Shown: piece after piece, positions 62,279 through 64,000 of the stretch
Position numbering within the stretch: position 1 is the first letter of the stretch
Layout of the letters: the number at the start of each line of letters is the position of its first letter
Assembly: GCA_036273015.1 (NCBI GenBank)
Contig: DATAXN010000054.1
Coordinates: forward strand, 13,215 to 77,214
Source of the DNA: Bryobacteraceae bacterium
GTDB lineage: Bacteria > Acidobacteriota > Terriglobia > Bryobacterales > Bryobacteraceae
Length of the DNA: 64,000 nt
Direction: 5' to 3'
Program-made: the position numbers and the translations under genes
Notes under the pieces: generated by a model
Told to the model about the DNA's origin: nothing
Seen by the model: only the letters and a program-made list of their open reading frames with translations
The model's database searches: none

Positions 62279-63301
62279 CTAATTTCCGCTCAGTCCCTTC
62301 CCCCAAGCTGAATTCAGATGGTACGTCGAGGAAGGGCCGATCATCTCGACGCGCCGGATCTTGCCGTTTTCAATCAGGAATGCCTCGCTGACGAGGATGC
62401 TCGAAGGCCGGTTGAACCCTTTGAACTGGTAGGGACGGCCGTCCGAGAGGACGCCTTTGTTTACCGTGCCCTGATCGAACACAGCGTGCGACCAAACCAC
62501 GCCGCGTTCGCTGTCAACCAGCGGATAGCGGCGATGATGGATGCTCTGCACCACGAAATAGTAGCCCAGCTTGAACTGCGCCATGCAGTCGAGCGCGAAG
62601 CCGTTGATCGCGTCTTTGGGTTCGTTTGGCGGGCGCGGAAGGTTGGTCGTGTGCGCGCCGTTTTCGATGCGGTCGCAATCGTTGGTGAAGTTGTAAGTGC
62701 CGGTTCCGTTGACGCCTTTGCCGTCATTTTTCTGCAGCCCGCTGAAATAGCTGTCGGCGATGGCGATCATCTCCTGCCGTGAAAGCCGCTGTGCGGGGGG
62801 AATCGATTTAAACCACATATCTTCCGCTTTGTAACCGGGGGCGTCGAGCGTGGGAATGCCGGAAGGTCCGCCGCCGCCCTGCCGGAAGTACATGCTTTCG
62901 ATTTCCGTGATCCGCCCGAGTTGGATGCGCAGGCGCAGGCTCATCAACAGCACTGCCCCGGCTTCGCGCATGGTGCCCATCATGGCCACCTGTCCGGAGT
63001 CGGGGTCGGCGAAGATGTGCTTGTAATTGCCGGTGCCCTCCGCGGTCTTCCAGAAACCATCGCCCACGTCCATTTGCTGATCGTTCTCCGTGTACATCAC
63101 ATCGGCGGAGAGCGGTAGACGCCTGGGATCGTGCGCGACCAGTGCGGTGAGGTACTGATTGAGTACGCCTTCGAGGCACGCGCGATTGCAGTTCAGCGGG
63201 ATAGGTCCCGTGGAAGCGTGCGCGTTCGGAACGAGATAGCCGGTGATCGCGGCGGCTGCAACGATCGCGGCGGCGGAAGCGGCAAGGAGGGCGGTGCGCA
63301 T
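62279..63301 (-). CDS. Hypothetical secreted protein
   Basis: Start ATG 63301 (M49 of ORF 62279..63445) gives signal peptide MRTALLAASAAAIVAAAAITGYLVPNAHA. 340 aa, protein-like composition. No family recognised. Confidence 0.55.
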   Translation of the reverse strand: MRTALLAASAAAIVAAAAITGYLVPNAHASTGPIPLNCNRACLEGVLNQYLTALVAHDPRRLPLSADVMYTENDQQMDVGDGFWKTAEGTGNYKHIFADPDSGQVAMMGTMREAGAVLLMSLRLRIQLGRITEIESMYFRQGGGGPSGIPTLDAPGYKAEDMWFKSIPPAQRLSRQEMIAIADSYFSGLQKNDGKGVNGTGTYNFTNDCDRIENGAHTTNLPRPPNEPKDAINGFALDCMAQFKLGYYFVVQSIHHRRYPLVDSERGVVWSHAVFDQGTVNKGVLSDGRPYQFKGFNRPSSILVSEAFLIENGKIRRVEMIGPSSTYHLNSAWGKGLSGN

Positions 63302-63464
63302 AGAATGTTCTCCGTTGTTCAAGGAGATTCTATACGAAGAAGGGAGTTCAGGTACTGGCCGGGGGTTTATTTTGGGGATGGCCTCTTCTTCGCGCGCGCC
63401 GATTTCAATATCCATAAAAAGCTGAACAGGATACTGACACACCAACAGCGTTAGTTATCAGCTT

Positions 63465-63485
63465 AGTACCGGAGATACCGGTACT
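63465..63485. promoter_or_regulatory. Inverted repeat AGTACCGG-n5-CCGGTACT in AT-rich divergent spacer
   Basis: Read directly. 8-bp perfect arms. A further AGTACT palindrome at 63505-63510. Confidence 0.4.
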
Positions 63486-63532
63486 TTATGTTAATCGACT
63501 ATAAAGTACTGTGACTATCGCGTATGACCGCT

Positions 63533-63547
63533 GTGACAAGCTGTCAC
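63533..63547. promoter_or_regulatory. Palindrome GTGACA-agc-TGTCAC with flanking GTGAC half-sites
   Basis: Read directly. Additional GTGAC at 63511-63515 and GGTGACA at 63554-63560. About 95 nt upstream of ATG 63642. Confidence 0.4.
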
Positions 63548-63641
63548 CTCGTTGGTGACAAACGCTCCACATGAGCTATTAATTGCTATAAGATAAGTGG
63601 AATACGCTCCATGGCCCGCGCGTTGCACCTATAGATATCTA

Positions 63642-64000
63642 ATGAACAAATCAAATTTCGCCGCATTATTGTCAAAATCGACCATTCTGCTCTGCATATG
63701 CGGCGGAGCCGCATTCGCCGACAAGGTATCCGCCGACCTGAACGCACTTCCGCCCAATCAACCGGTGCAGGTGATCGTTCAGTTTGCAGCGCAGGGCGCG
63801 GCTGCAGGAGCGGTTACCAACACGGTTAACGGGATCAACTCCATCACCAATATCCCATCCGTAACCAGCTATGGCGCTTCGGTGCTTGCAAATCTTCCCA
63901 ACGGCCAGTTATGCCTGATGACCCCGGCCGCTGCAATGGCGCTGGCTCAGTCGCCATCGGTAGCCCATATCTCGGTCAATCACACGCTGCATGGTACGGG
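63642..64000 (+). CDS. 5' fragment of a secreted protein, probably a subtilisin-type (S8) peptidase propeptide; runs off the window
   Basis: Hand translation: MNKSNFAALLSKSTILLCICGGAAFA (signal), then VQVIVQF...LMTPAAAMALAQSPSVAHISVNHTL, which resembles an I9 inhibitor/propeptide. No stop before the window end. Confidence 0.4.
   Translation, partial: MNKSNFAALLSKSTILLCICGGAAFADKVSADLNALPPNQPVQVIVQFAAQGAAAGAVTNTVNGINSITNIPSVTSYGASVLANLPNGQLCLMTPAAAMALAQSPSVAHISVNHTLHGT

Overview
Gene-dense, high-GC chromosomal segment (by eye about 58-62% GC, not computed) with about 68 supportable CDSs. I saw no rRNA, tRNA, CRISPR array, transposase or integrase. The gene content (CarboxypepD_reg-type TonB-dependent receptor, DUF6152/cytochrome trio, YXWGXW lipoprotein, many GT2 genes, bacilliredoxin) suggests an Acidobacteriota-like soil bacterium; this is inference only.

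Layout:
- 1-18.4 kb: large glycan (O-antigen/EPS-type) assembly cluster. It holds wecB, alr, one GT4, three GT2, a GT2-GT4 fusion, a GT2-methyltransferase fusion, a coiled-coil methyltransferase, a Wzt-type ABC ATPase, an FkbM methyltransferase, a GT-C membrane protein and galE.
- 18.4-21 kb: secreted trio (DUF6152 / di-haem cytochrome c / unknown).
- 21-24.6 kb: ssb, SurA-like PPIase, YhaM-like nuclease.
- 24.6-27.7 kb: BlaI-like repressor, two GT9 heptosyltransferases, ICMT-like methyltransferase.
- 27.7-28.3 kb: Phd/YefM-VapC toxin-antitoxin pair.
- 28.4-32.2 kb: bacilliredoxin and two-component genes.
- 32.4-38.1 kb: orphan cpATP-grasp-like gene, miaB, bifunctional nuclease, uvrC.
- 38.2-41.4 kb: TPR protein, second GT-C membrane protein, an overlapping HU-like / HU-like-TIR gene pair, and two tandem genes for tiny polycationic secreted peptides.
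- 41.6-50.4 kb: Rrf2-cysK, BNR protein, HyuB, sulfatase, thioesterase, DUF3237, Bcp, DapA-like, prmA.
- 50.5-54 kb: cpATP-grasp / alpha-E / transglutaminase triad.
- 54-64 kb: TonB receptor, MaoC, MFS, secreted proteins, MbfA-like Er-VIT1, and a peptidase fragment at the window edge.

Best candidates for something new:
- The HU-like/TIR pair, which has no known partner genes nearby.
- The divergent tandem Lys/Thr/Asp-rich secreted peptides.
- The DUF6152 (mature N-terminal His) plus cytochrome trio.
- A 23-nt hairpin element conserved at three convergent gene ends.
- A WbdD-like ruler/terminator arrangement next to Wzt.

All family assignments come from motif recognition by eye. No database search was run.
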